Part shown: positions 1 to 7,184 of the stretch, piece after piece
How positions within the stretch are numbered: the first letter of the stretch is position 1
Layout of the letters: each line of letters opens with the position of its first letter
From: an uncultured Polaribacter sp.
GTDB taxonomy: Bacteria; Bacteroidota; Bacteroidia; Flavobacteriales; Flavobacteriaceae
Reading direction: 5' to 3'
Length of the DNA stretch: 24,000 bases
Assembly (NCBI GenBank): GCA_943788865.1
Contig: CALSRX010000004.1
Span: forward strand, 679,720-703,719
The notes under the pieces: model-generated
Told to the model about the DNA's origin: nothing
The model's database searches: none
What the model saw: only the letters and a program-made list of their open reading frames with translations
Translations under genes and position numbers: made by a program

Positions 1-591
1 AGCTTGTATCGCAACAGAAAGCGTGTTTTCTTTAGGTGTTAACGGACAAGAATATCTATTGCTATATGCACAATATGGGTTGTAAGCTTTGTTGAAATCT
101 AAGACAATCGTTCCGTCTTGTTTTTCATCAGTTGTAAGCACATCTAAATAACGACCCCCACCATAAGAACCTTCTCCGCTTGTTTTATCAGTAAAAGGCA
201 TAAACAAATAATCAATGTATTGTGGATCTCTATCTAGATCTTTATTTTGATAGATAGGAATTTGTTGCTCAACCCCATCAATAGTAAAAGTTACCATTCC
301 ATATTTAATGTATAAGGGTTTTCTTTCTGTGGTAGTTGTCATTTCAAAAATTGGAGCATCAACTGTTTTTTCTAATTTAGCAAGTACTTTATATTTTTTA
401 TCAATAGGATAAAACTCTAACTTTTTAAATGTTTTCAAATCTTCTTTGGTTAAAGGCGATTTACTTTCGTCATGAAACTTTAAATTTTCTTCATACTGAT
501 AGTCTTCAATTTTTTTAAGATAATCATCCTTTGATTCGTTGTTGCAAGAAATAAAAAGAAATAAAAAGAAAAAGGCGAAAAGGTTTTTCAT
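1..591 (-). CDS. DUF1684-like lipoprotein; C-terminus cut by the window edge
   Basis: The minus-strand frame is open from ATG (591-589) to base 1, 197 codons with no stop. It is missing from the ORF track because it is truncated. My translation: MKNLFAFFFLFLFISCNNESKDDYLKKIEDYQYEENLKFHDESKSPLTKEDL...SGEGSYGGGRYLDVLTTDEKQDGTIVLDFNKAYNPYCAYSNRYSCPLTPKENTLSVAIQA. It has a lipobox-like FISC. The GGGRY and NPYCAYS..YSCP blocks match what I recall of DUF1684. Confidence 0.75.
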   Translation of the reverse strand, partial: MKNLFAFFFLFLFISCNNESKDDYLKKIEDYQYEENLKFHDESKSPLTKEDLKTFKKLEFYPIDKKYKVLAKLEKTVDAPIFEMTTTTERKPLYIKYGMVTFTIDGVEQQIPIYQNKDLDRDPQYIDYLFMPFTDKTSGEGSYGGGRYLDVLTTDEKQDGTIVLDFNKAYNPYCAYSNRYSCPLTPKENTLSVAIQA

Positions 592-641
592 CAAGTAAGA
601 AGTTTTAAAAAATAAAAATACTGATTTTACAATTATTTATG

Positions 642-649
642 TAGTTTTG
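642..649 (+). promoter_or_regulatory. Candidate Bacteroidota -7 promoter box (TAGTTTTG) for the leader/MFS transcript
   Basis: TAGTTTTG fits the TAnnTTTG -7 consensus known for Bacteroidota sigma-A promoters. It lies in the 232-nt spacer between divergent genes. I see no clean -33 TTG. Confidence 0.3.
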
Positions 650-775
650 AGTCATTAAAAAATTAAAAATGAGAATTGTCAATACGTATACCTGTCAGAA
701 GTCGATTAACAATCGAAAAAGTCGAGCATCATTTGTATTGTAATTATAGCAACATAAAATAATACGATTAAATTG

Positions 776-808
776 AGTCCGACTTCACAGTCGGACTTTT
801 TATTTTTA
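776..808 (+). terminator. Intrinsic-terminator-like hairpin inside the 5' leader of the MFS gene (possible attenuator)
   Basis: AGTCCGACT (776-784), loop TCAC, AGTCGGACT (789-797) form a perfect 9-bp stem, followed by TTTTTATTTTT. It is oriented for the + strand only; the minus-strand reading has no T run. It ends 16 nt before the ATG at 824. Confidence 0.6.
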
Positions 809-823
809 TACAACAACCAAAAA

Positions 824-2029
824 ATGAAAAAATTATACGTTGATTATCTCAACACTTTCAGAGGGCTTTCTAGAGAAGTATGGTGGTTAGCATTGATCAC
901 TCTAATCAATAGAGCTGGAACTATGGTAATTCCGTTCTTATCATTATACTTAACAAAAAGCTTAGACTTTACCTTATCTGATGTGGGTTGGATTATGTCT
1001 TGCTTTGGGGTAGGCTCAGTTTTGGGTTCATGGATTGGAGGAAAATTGACCGATGTATTAGGATACTATAAAGTAATGCTTTTTAGTTTGATTGGTACCG
1101 GATTTGCATTTGTGGCGATGCAATTTGTAACCTCTTTTACCGGTTTTTGTTTAGGAATTTTCGGATTAATGCTAATAGCAGATGCATTTAGACCTGCCAT
1201 GTTTGTGGCATTAAGCTCGTATAGTAAACCTGAAAACAAAACACGTTCGGTAACACTAATTCGTTTAGCAATCAATCTTGGTTTTTCTGCGGGTCCTGCC
1301 GTTGGTGGTTTGATTATTGCTTCTTTAGGATATGCGAGTTTGTTTTGGGTAGATGGAATTACTTGTTTTTTAGCAGGGGTTTTATTATTACAAGTTTTAC
1401 ATCCTAAGAAATCAAAAGTATTGGATGAAGTTAAAGTGGCAAATCCCATTTCTGCATATTCTGATAAAGCATTTTGGATTTTTCTAATAGCCATGATGTT
1501 GTTTGGAGCCGTGTTTTTACAATACTTCTCTACCATGCCGTTGTATTATAAAGATGTTCATTCTTTATCAGAACAAAATATTGGTTTGTTGTTAGGAATG
1601 AATGGTTTTGTAATTTTCTTATTTGAAATGCCTCTTATAAAATGGTTAGAACATTCAAAATTCACAAAAGTTGGACTCATGTTTTTTGGAGGTGTTTTAA
1701 CAGCATTAAGTTTTGTTGTGCTTTTGGTTACCAGTTGGACAGGTATTTTAATTGTCGGTATATTTTTAATGACTATAGGAGAGATGATCGCATTTCCGTT
1801 TTCAAATGCTTTTGCAATGGAAAGAGCTAAAAAAGGAAATCAGGGAGAGTACATGGCTTTGTACACCATTGCATTTTCTTTTGCTCATATTTTTAGTCAT
1901 AATTCTGGTATGCAATTAGTAAGTGCCATTGGTTTTGATTCTACTTGGATGATCGTCACAGGAGTTGCAGCTCTTTCTGCATTTTTTATGTTTGTATTGG
2001 TTAGAATGCTAAAAAAAGAGTTGGTATAA
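824..2029 (+). CDS. MFS transporter
   Basis: This is ORF-track 773..2029 with the start moved. The TTG start at 773 would translate the terminator hairpin, so I use ATG 824 (MKKLYVDYLNTFRGLSREVWW...). The protein is about 12 hydrophobic helices with a central loop (HPKKSKVLDEVK). The overall layout is typical of the major facilitator superfamily. Substrate unknown. Confidence 0.85.
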   Translation: MKKLYVDYLNTFRGLSREVWWLALITLINRAGTMVIPFLSLYLTKSLDFTLSDVGWIMSCFGVGSVLGSWIGGKLTDVLGYYKVMLFSLIGTGFAFVAMQFVTSFTGFCLGIFGLMLIADAFRPAMFVALSSYSKPENKTRSVTLIRLAINLGFSAGPAVGGLIIASLGYASLFWVDGITCFLAGVLLLQVLHPKKSKVLDEVKVANPISAYSDKAFWIFLIAMMLFGAVFLQYFSTMPLYYKDVHSLSEQNIGLLLGMNGFVIFLFEMPLIKWLEHSKFTKVGLMFFGGVLTALSFVVLLVTSWTGILIVGIFLMTIGEMIAFPFSNAFAMERAKKGNQGEYMALYTIAFSFAHIFSHNSGMQLVSAIGFDSTWMIVTGVAALSAFFMFVLVRMLKKELV

Positions 2030-2069
2030 AAAAATCCTAAAAGGGAACTTTGATTTTATTATAAAATTA

Positions 2070-3101
2070 TTAATATTTAATTTTTTTAAATTCTTGCCGC
2101 GAAATTACGTTTGATCTAATAAAACCAGTGACCTCACTATTGTCATTATACAATAGTTTACCAAAACTATTACCGATTGTGAAATATGTTTTTGAATCAG
2201 GATAAAAATTAATTTCACCAAAAGGATTATCACTAGCCCCATTCTTCCAAGTCCAAATCAATTGATTATTTCTCTTAATTATTTGATATATAATCTCACT
2301 TTGGTTAGATTTGTAGGTGCCAATATAGTGTTCAAAATTTTTCACATTCTTTGTAATAGAACTGTCTATAGGAATATTTAAATAATCACTAAGTTCACTA
2401 TATCTCTCTATGGCTTTATTTCGGAACTCTATATTATCCTTAGAATGTTCACCAAGCCAAGCCGTTTTATAATAAGTAACCTCATTTATATAAGTTGGGT
2501 CTAATAAAAAATAGTCAAGCATTTCGTTAGTTACTGTTCTAAAATTATAGTATTGGTAATACCAATCTTGCTCATTTTTCTGTTTTTCAATAACCCAAAA
2601 TATGTACTCACCAATTTTGGCGTCCATCATATCAATTTCATGCTTATTAACACCATAAAGAGACTTTAATTTTAAAATGAGTGAATCTTGAGTCTGAGAT
2701 GTGTTTCCTTTCTCGTTGATTAAGTTTTGAAATGCTTCATCAGAAATATTTGTGGCTCTTCCAGTTATTAATAGATTAAGATATTTTTGTGGATTTAATC
2801 TGAATTCTTCCTTGCTTACTTTTTTGTTAATTATTTTATATGCTATAGAATCTTTATTTCTGTAAATATTTATAATATTATTCGTTGTTTTTATATTTAA
2901 TTCTAATTCTTTATGTAGCTTCTTAAATAATAACATTGTGTTTTCAGCAGCTTTCCGTTCTTCATTTTTATTATTAATATTAAGAGCAATTAATATTCCT
3001 ACCACAACAAGTATTGTTTCACCAATTGCATAAAGTAAATATTTGCCTACTTTATTTTTGTTAAGTAAGTTTTGACGGATTTTACGAAAAAATTTGATCA
3101 T
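2070..3101 (-). CDS. Membrane-anchored hypothetical protein with a DUF6090-like N-terminus and an extra beta-rich C-terminal domain
   Basis: This is ORF-track 2070..3173. The likely start is the internal ATG at 3101 (MIKFFRKIRQNLLNKNKVGKYLLYAIGETILVVVGILIALNINN), which matches the N-terminal anchor I recall for the flavobacterial DUF6090 family. The C-terminal ~90 aa (YIGTYKSNQSEIIYQIIKRNNQLIWTWKNG...FYPDSKTYFTIGNSFGKLLYNDNSEVTGFIRSN) resemble the small beta domain appended to some serine hydrolases. The gene is visibly more AT-rich than its neighbours: about 20% GC in the one 60-nt line I counted (2881-2940), against about 42% in a line of the PepX gene (8401-8460). Confidence 0.75.
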   Translation of the reverse strand: MIKFFRKIRQNLLNKNKVGKYLLYAIGETILVVVGILIALNINNKNEERKAAENTMLLFKKLHKELELNIKTTNNIINIYRNKDSIAYKIINKKVSKEEFRLNPQKYLNLLITGRATNISDEAFQNLINEKGNTSQTQDSLILKLKSLYGVNKHEIDMMDAKIGEYIFWVIEKQKNEQDWYYQYYNFRTVTNEMLDYFLLDPTYINEVTYYKTAWLGEHSKDNIEFRNKAIERYSELSDYLNIPIDSSITKNVKNFEHYIGTYKSNQSEIIYQIIKRNNQLIWTWKNGASDNPFGEINFYPDSKTYFTIGNSFGKLLYNDNSEVTGFIRSNVISRQEFKKIKY

Positions 3102-3171
3102 AAGTAGTTGATTGACATCTTTAAAGATAAATAAAATTATAACAGGATTATTAAACTGAAATGTTACTAAC

Positions 3172-3201
3172 AAAAAAGCATCCTAAAAGGATGCTTTTTT
3201 T
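3172..3201 (-). terminator. Rho-independent terminator downstream of the DPP IV gene (symmetric, could act in both directions)
   Basis: AAAAAA-GCATCC-TAAAA-GGATGC-TTTTTTT. The stem is GC-rich with A and T runs on both sides. It lies 16 nt downstream of the minus-strand stop at 3217. Confidence 0.75.
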
Positions 3202-3216
3202 ATTTTAATAAAAAAA

Positions 3217-5454
3217 CTATTGCTTTACTTTAATCAAATCTTTATAAGCAAACACCTTTTTCCAATATCTCACCATTGTCTGTCTAAGATGAAAAGAAGT
3301 ATTTCCGCCTCTAATTCCATGATCTCGCATCGGATACGACATCATGTCGAACATTTTATTATGTTTGATTAGCTCGTTTGTAAGTCTTTCAAAACTTTGA
3401 TAATGCACATTATCATCGCCAGTTCCATGCATAATCATCAAGTCACCTTTTAAGTTTTTAGCATGTGTTATTGGAGAGCCAGCAATATAGTTTGCTTCAT
3501 TTTCTTCTAACAATCCCATGTATCGTTCTTGATAAATATTATCATACAAGCGCTGGTCAGCTACAAAAGCAACTGCTAATCCAGAAGTATACACATCAGG
3601 GTATCTAAACAAGCAATTCATAGTCATTTGACCACCGCCACTCCAGCCCCACATTCCAACTTTATTGGTGTCAATAAAAGGGTAGGTTGCAAACATTTTC
3701 TTTGCAGCTGCAGCTTGATCATGTGCTGCTAAAATTCCGATTTGTCCATAAATCGATTTTCTCCAATCTCTTCCTCGTGGCGTTCTTGTTCCTCGGTTAT
3801 CAATACTAGCTACAACATATCCTTGTTGTGCTAAATATTGATGCCATAAATCTCCACCGCCCCAATTATCTTGTACCGTAGAACCGGCAGGCTCTCCATA
3901 CACATAAAATATAATTGGATATTTTTTAGTTGTGTCAAAGTTTTTTGGTTTAATCATCCAAGCATCAAAAACCACCTCTCCAATATCAACTTTTATAAAC
4001 TCCTTTGGAGATAAATTTAAGGCCGCAACTTTGGTTTTTAATTCGTTATTATCTTCTAAAACACGAATGGTTTTATGCTTCTGAAGATTGATTAATGAAA
4101 TTTTATTTGGTGTGCTTGCATTTTGAAAACCATGGATGGCAAATTTTGCATCAGCAGAAATTTGATACGAATGTTGTCCAGCTTGATTCGCAGGAGTTAC
4201 TCTTTCTGGTTTTGATTTTCCGTTAATTTTACTTCTGTATAAATAACGTTGTGTGTAATTTTCTGGAGAGGCAGTGTAATATACATATCCACTTTTTGGA
4301 TCGATACAATTGATACGAACTACATCTATGTTTCCTGTAGTTATTGTTGTCGACGTTTTACCATCTCTAGATACTTTATACAAGTGTAAGTATCCATCTT
4401 TTTCACTAGTCCAAGTAAAATATTTTTCATTTTCTAACCACATAATATTATCATGAATATCTAACCAAGCATCATCTTTATCTGTTAAAATTGTTTTTAA
4501 AGACATGGTTTTGGTGTTTCCAACTCTAACAGTATTGGTGTTTTGTTTTCTGTTTAATTGTTGAATCATTACTTCGTTAGAATTTGGAATAAAATCCATT
4601 CTAGCTAAATAGTTATTTCTTGAATCTCCAGGAACATCAAACCATTTTGTTTTTCCGCCAGCAGCATTAACAACACCAACCTTTACAGCAGAATTTGTTG
4701 TTCCAACTTTCGGATATGGTAACGGAATTAATTTTGGATAAATAGAATCTACATTGTTAATCATGTAAAATGTTCCAATCCCTTTGGTATCCGATTGCCA
4801 ATAAGCTATTTGTGTTCCGTCTGGACTCCATCTAAAACCATCTCTACATCCCAATTCTTCTTCGTATACCCAGTCAAATGTGCCGTTAACGATAGAAGTA
4901 CTACCGTCAAAAGTAAGTTGTGTAATTTTATTTGTTGCAATGTTTTCTACATAAATATTATTTTTACTCACAAACCCAACGCGAGTTGCATCTGGAGAAA
5001 ATTTAGCAAACATCATTGTGGTTCTCTCAACAGATTTTCCTAATTGAGTTAATTTACCACTTTTCATGTCTAGAACCCAATAATCACCTCTTGTATTATA
5101 ACGCCAAACTTTACGAGTGTTTGTGAAAATCAACAATTTTGAATTGTCTATTGACCATTCATAATTAGAAATTGATAGTGGTTTTGTTTCTCCTTTTGGG
5201 ATTAATTGTTTTGCAGAAACAAGAACAGAGCGTTTTCCAGATGTTGCTTCATACCTAATAATATCCCTTCCGCCAACATCATTATTTCTTTGTAATGTAG
5301 AGTATCCTTTGTTGTCTTTCATCCATCTAACAGGACCATAACCTTTAGCATTATAAGTTCCGTTTTTAAAAGCATCTTCTAAAGTAAGTTTTTCTTGAGA
5401 AGAAGAAATAAATGAAATTAAACAAGCAAAAGTGAATAAAATTATTTTTTTCAT
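3217..5454 (-). CDS. Dipeptidyl-peptidase IV / prolyl oligopeptidase family S9B, secreted
   Basis: 745 aa with an N-terminal signal peptide (MKKIILFTFACLISFISSSQE). A long beta-propeller-like N-terminal half is followed by an alpha/beta hydrolase domain. The nucleophile motif is GMWGWSGGG, followed by GTGDDNVH and MRDHGI (Asp/His candidates). Confidence 0.92.
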   Translation of the reverse strand: MKKIILFTFACLISFISSSQEKLTLEDAFKNGTYNAKGYGPVRWMKDNKGYSTLQRNNDVGGRDIIRYEATSGKRSVLVSAKQLIPKGETKPLSISNYEWSIDNSKLLIFTNTRKVWRYNTRGDYWVLDMKSGKLTQLGKSVERTTMMFAKFSPDATRVGFVSKNNIYVENIATNKITQLTFDGSTSIVNGTFDWVYEEELGCRDGFRWSPDGTQIAYWQSDTKGIGTFYMINNVDSIYPKLIPLPYPKVGTTNSAVKVGVVNAAGGKTKWFDVPGDSRNNYLARMDFIPNSNEVMIQQLNRKQNTNTVRVGNTKTMSLKTILTDKDDAWLDIHDNIMWLENEKYFTWTSEKDGYLHLYKVSRDGKTSTTITTGNIDVVRINCIDPKSGYVYYTASPENYTQRYLYRSKINGKSKPERVTPANQAGQHSYQISADAKFAIHGFQNASTPNKISLINLQKHKTIRVLEDNNELKTKVAALNLSPKEFIKVDIGEVVFDAWMIKPKNFDTTKKYPIIFYVYGEPAGSTVQDNWGGGDLWHQYLAQQGYVVASIDNRGTRTPRGRDWRKSIYGQIGILAAHDQAAAAKKMFATYPFIDTNKVGMWGWSGGGQMTMNCLFRYPDVYTSGLAVAFVADQRLYDNIYQERYMGLLEENEANYIAGSPITHAKNLKGDLMIMHGTGDDNVHYQSFERLTNELIKHNKMFDMMSYPMRDHGIRGGNTSFHLRQTMVRYWKKVFAYKDLIKVKQ

Positions 5455-5546
5455 AAGTAGGTTGATTTGTTAAGTATGCAATTTAACAATTTTTACTGAT
5501 ACTAATTGTTCAATGTTTGATGGTATTTAATCCTCTTAAAAATCCC

Positions 5547-5554
5547 TATATTTG
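5547..5554 (+). promoter_or_regulatory. Candidate -7 promoter box (TATATTTG) for the serine dehydratase gene
   Basis: Fits TAnnTTTG and ends 29 nt upstream of ATG 5584. Confidence 0.4.
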
Positions 5555-5583
5555 TTAAATACGTATTTTAAAATCTTTTAGGT

Positions 5584-7164
5584 ATGGCAAATTATCCAAG
5601 TGTTTTTAATGATGTTATTGGCCCTGTTATGCGAGGTCCATCAAGTTCTCATTGTGCTGCTTCATTGCGAATTGGTAGAATTTGTAGAGATTTAATGGAT
5701 GCTGAATTGACAGCTGTTTTAATAGAGTTTGATCCAAATGGTTCGTTAGCAACAACACATGAAAGTCAAGGCTCAGACATGGGTCTTTTTGGTGGTTTTT
5801 TAGGTTGGGAAGCCTATGATGAAAGATTAGTGAATTCTGCAAATGAGATAAAAGCAGCAAGAATAAACGTAAATATTGAAATACTTGATATCAATGCTAC
5901 ACATCCAAACACCTATAAGTTAACCTTACACAATACAAAAGAAACACATAAAGTCATTGCAATTTCCATTGGAGGCGGAATGATTGATGTCATTGAAATT
6001 GATGGTAATGCAGTTACTATGGAAGGTGATTATTTTGAAACCTTAATTTATTGTTCTGACAAAGGAACTATTTCTGAGTTTATAGAAAAATTTATTCCGA
6101 ATGAATCGCTACAGTTTTTAGATGGAAAAACAAAGTTTTATCAAGTAAAAACAAACACTCCAATAAATGAAGATGTGTTGCAAATGCTTTCTGAATTGAA
6201 AGAAGTAATTAATATAAAGTCTATTTCACCTGTATTACCTGTGTTATCAAGAAAAGGAATTCAAGTCCCATTTAACACTTGTGATGAAATGTTAGCTTAT
6301 AATGCTGATAAAAATCTAGAACTATGGGAATTGGCAGTACATTATGAAAGTGCCAGAGGAAACATTTCTCATAAAGAAGTTTTTGAGAAAATGGGAGAGA
6401 TTATAGATATTATGGATGCTTCTATCAAAAGTGGACTAAAAGGAACCGAATTTAAAGACCGAATTTTGGGTGCACAATCTTTAGTGTTTAAAGAAAAATT
6501 AGAATCAAAAAGTTTGTTAGAAGGAGATATGATGAACACCATTATCATGTTTGTTTCTTCAATGATGGAAGTAAAAAGCTCAATGGGTGTTATTGTTGCA
6601 GCACCAACAGCAGGTTCATGTGGCGCATTACCTGGAGCAATTATTGGAGCCGCTTCGAGTTTAAATTTATCAAGAGAAGAAACAATAAAAGCCATGCTTG
6701 CCGCTTCAATTATAGGTGTGTTTATCGCTGCACATGCAACTTTTGCCGCAGAAGTTGGAGGATGCCAAGCCGAATGTGGCTCTGGCGCAGGAATGGCAGC
6801 TGCTGCGTTGGTATTTATGGCAAATGGTAGTTTACAACAATCATTGTCTGCCGCATCTTTGGCATTGCAAAACTCTTTAGGAATGATTTGTGATCCCATT
6901 GCAAATAGGGTAGAAGCTCCTTGTTTAGGAAAGAATGTATTGGCTGCAACCAATGCGCTTTCTTGTGCAAATATGGCGTTGGCAAATTATGATCATTTGA
7001 TTCCATTAGATGAAGTTATAGATACTATGGATAAAGTAGGAAAAGCTATTGATTCAGATTTACGCTGTACTGCGTTAGGCGGATTATCAATTACTAAAAC
7101 AGCTAAAGAAATTGAAGCAAAACTAGGAGAAGTTCATTCTGGTTTTGCCTTTAAAAGTTGTTAA
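5584..7164 (+). CDS. sdaA: L-serine ammonia-lyase (L-serine dehydratase), iron-sulfur dependent, fused beta-alpha single chain
   Basis: 526 aa. The N-terminus SVFNDVIGPVMRGPSSSHCAA is the characteristic GPSSSH start of the beta part. The C-terminal half carries the alpha-domain cysteines (AGSCGALPGA, GGCQAECGSG, MICDP...EAPCLGKN). Confidence 0.92.
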   Translation: MANYPSVFNDVIGPVMRGPSSSHCAASLRIGRICRDLMDAELTAVLIEFDPNGSLATTHESQGSDMGLFGGFLGWEAYDERLVNSANEIKAARINVNIEILDINATHPNTYKLTLHNTKETHKVIAISIGGGMIDVIEIDGNAVTMEGDYFETLIYCSDKGTISEFIEKFIPNESLQFLDGKTKFYQVKTNTPINEDVLQMLSELKEVINIKSISPVLPVLSRKGIQVPFNTCDEMLAYNADKNLELWELAVHYESARGNISHKEVFEKMGEIIDIMDASIKSGLKGTEFKDRILGAQSLVFKEKLESKSLLEGDMMNTIIMFVSSMMEVKSSMGVIVAAPTAGSCGALPGAIIGAASSLNLSREETIKAMLAASIIGVFIAAHATFAAEVGGCQAECGSGAGMAAAALVFMANGSLQQSLSAASLALQNSLGMICDPIANRVEAPCLGKNVLAATNALSCANMALANYDHLIPLDEVIDTMDKVGKAIDSDLRCTALGGLSITKTAKEIEAKLGEVHSGFAFKSC

Positions 7165-7184
7165 GTTGTACTATTATAAAATAG

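Noticed and set aside
551-570. Tandem 10-mer ATAAAAAGAA x2
   Set aside because: It lies inside the signal-peptide coding region of the DUF1684-like gene, where the minus strand encodes FLFLF. This is a codon-level low-complexity effect.
773-823. TTG-initiated N-terminal extension of the MFS ORF (MSPTSQSDFLFLYNNQK)
   Set aside because: The extension is the translation of the terminator hairpin and its T run. ATG 824 followed by MKKLY is the credible start.
1066-1536. 156-aa minus-strand ORF inside the MFS gene
   Set aside because: It is fully antisense to a well-supported transporter CDS. The translation is low complexity with no motifs, start context or signal, so it is a shadow ORF.
3102-3173. 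N-terminal extension of the 367-aa ORF (MLVTFQFNNPVIILFIFKDVNQLL)
   Set aside because: The internal Met at 3101 begins the conserved MIKFFRKIRQ anchor. The extension runs toward the neighbouring terminator.
6369-6953. 194-aa Ala-rich minus-strand ORF, plus the small ORFs 6618-6830 and 6815-7006
   Set aside because: They are antisense or out of frame within the Ala/Gly-rich alpha domain of serine dehydratase. GCN-rich codons stay open on the opposite strand, and there is no independent evidence for these ORFs.
7165-7184. Possible terminator between the convergent sdaA and PepX stops (CTATT-ATAA-AATAG)
   Set aside because: The stem is only 5 bp and all A/T-rich with no flanking T run, which is too weak to call.
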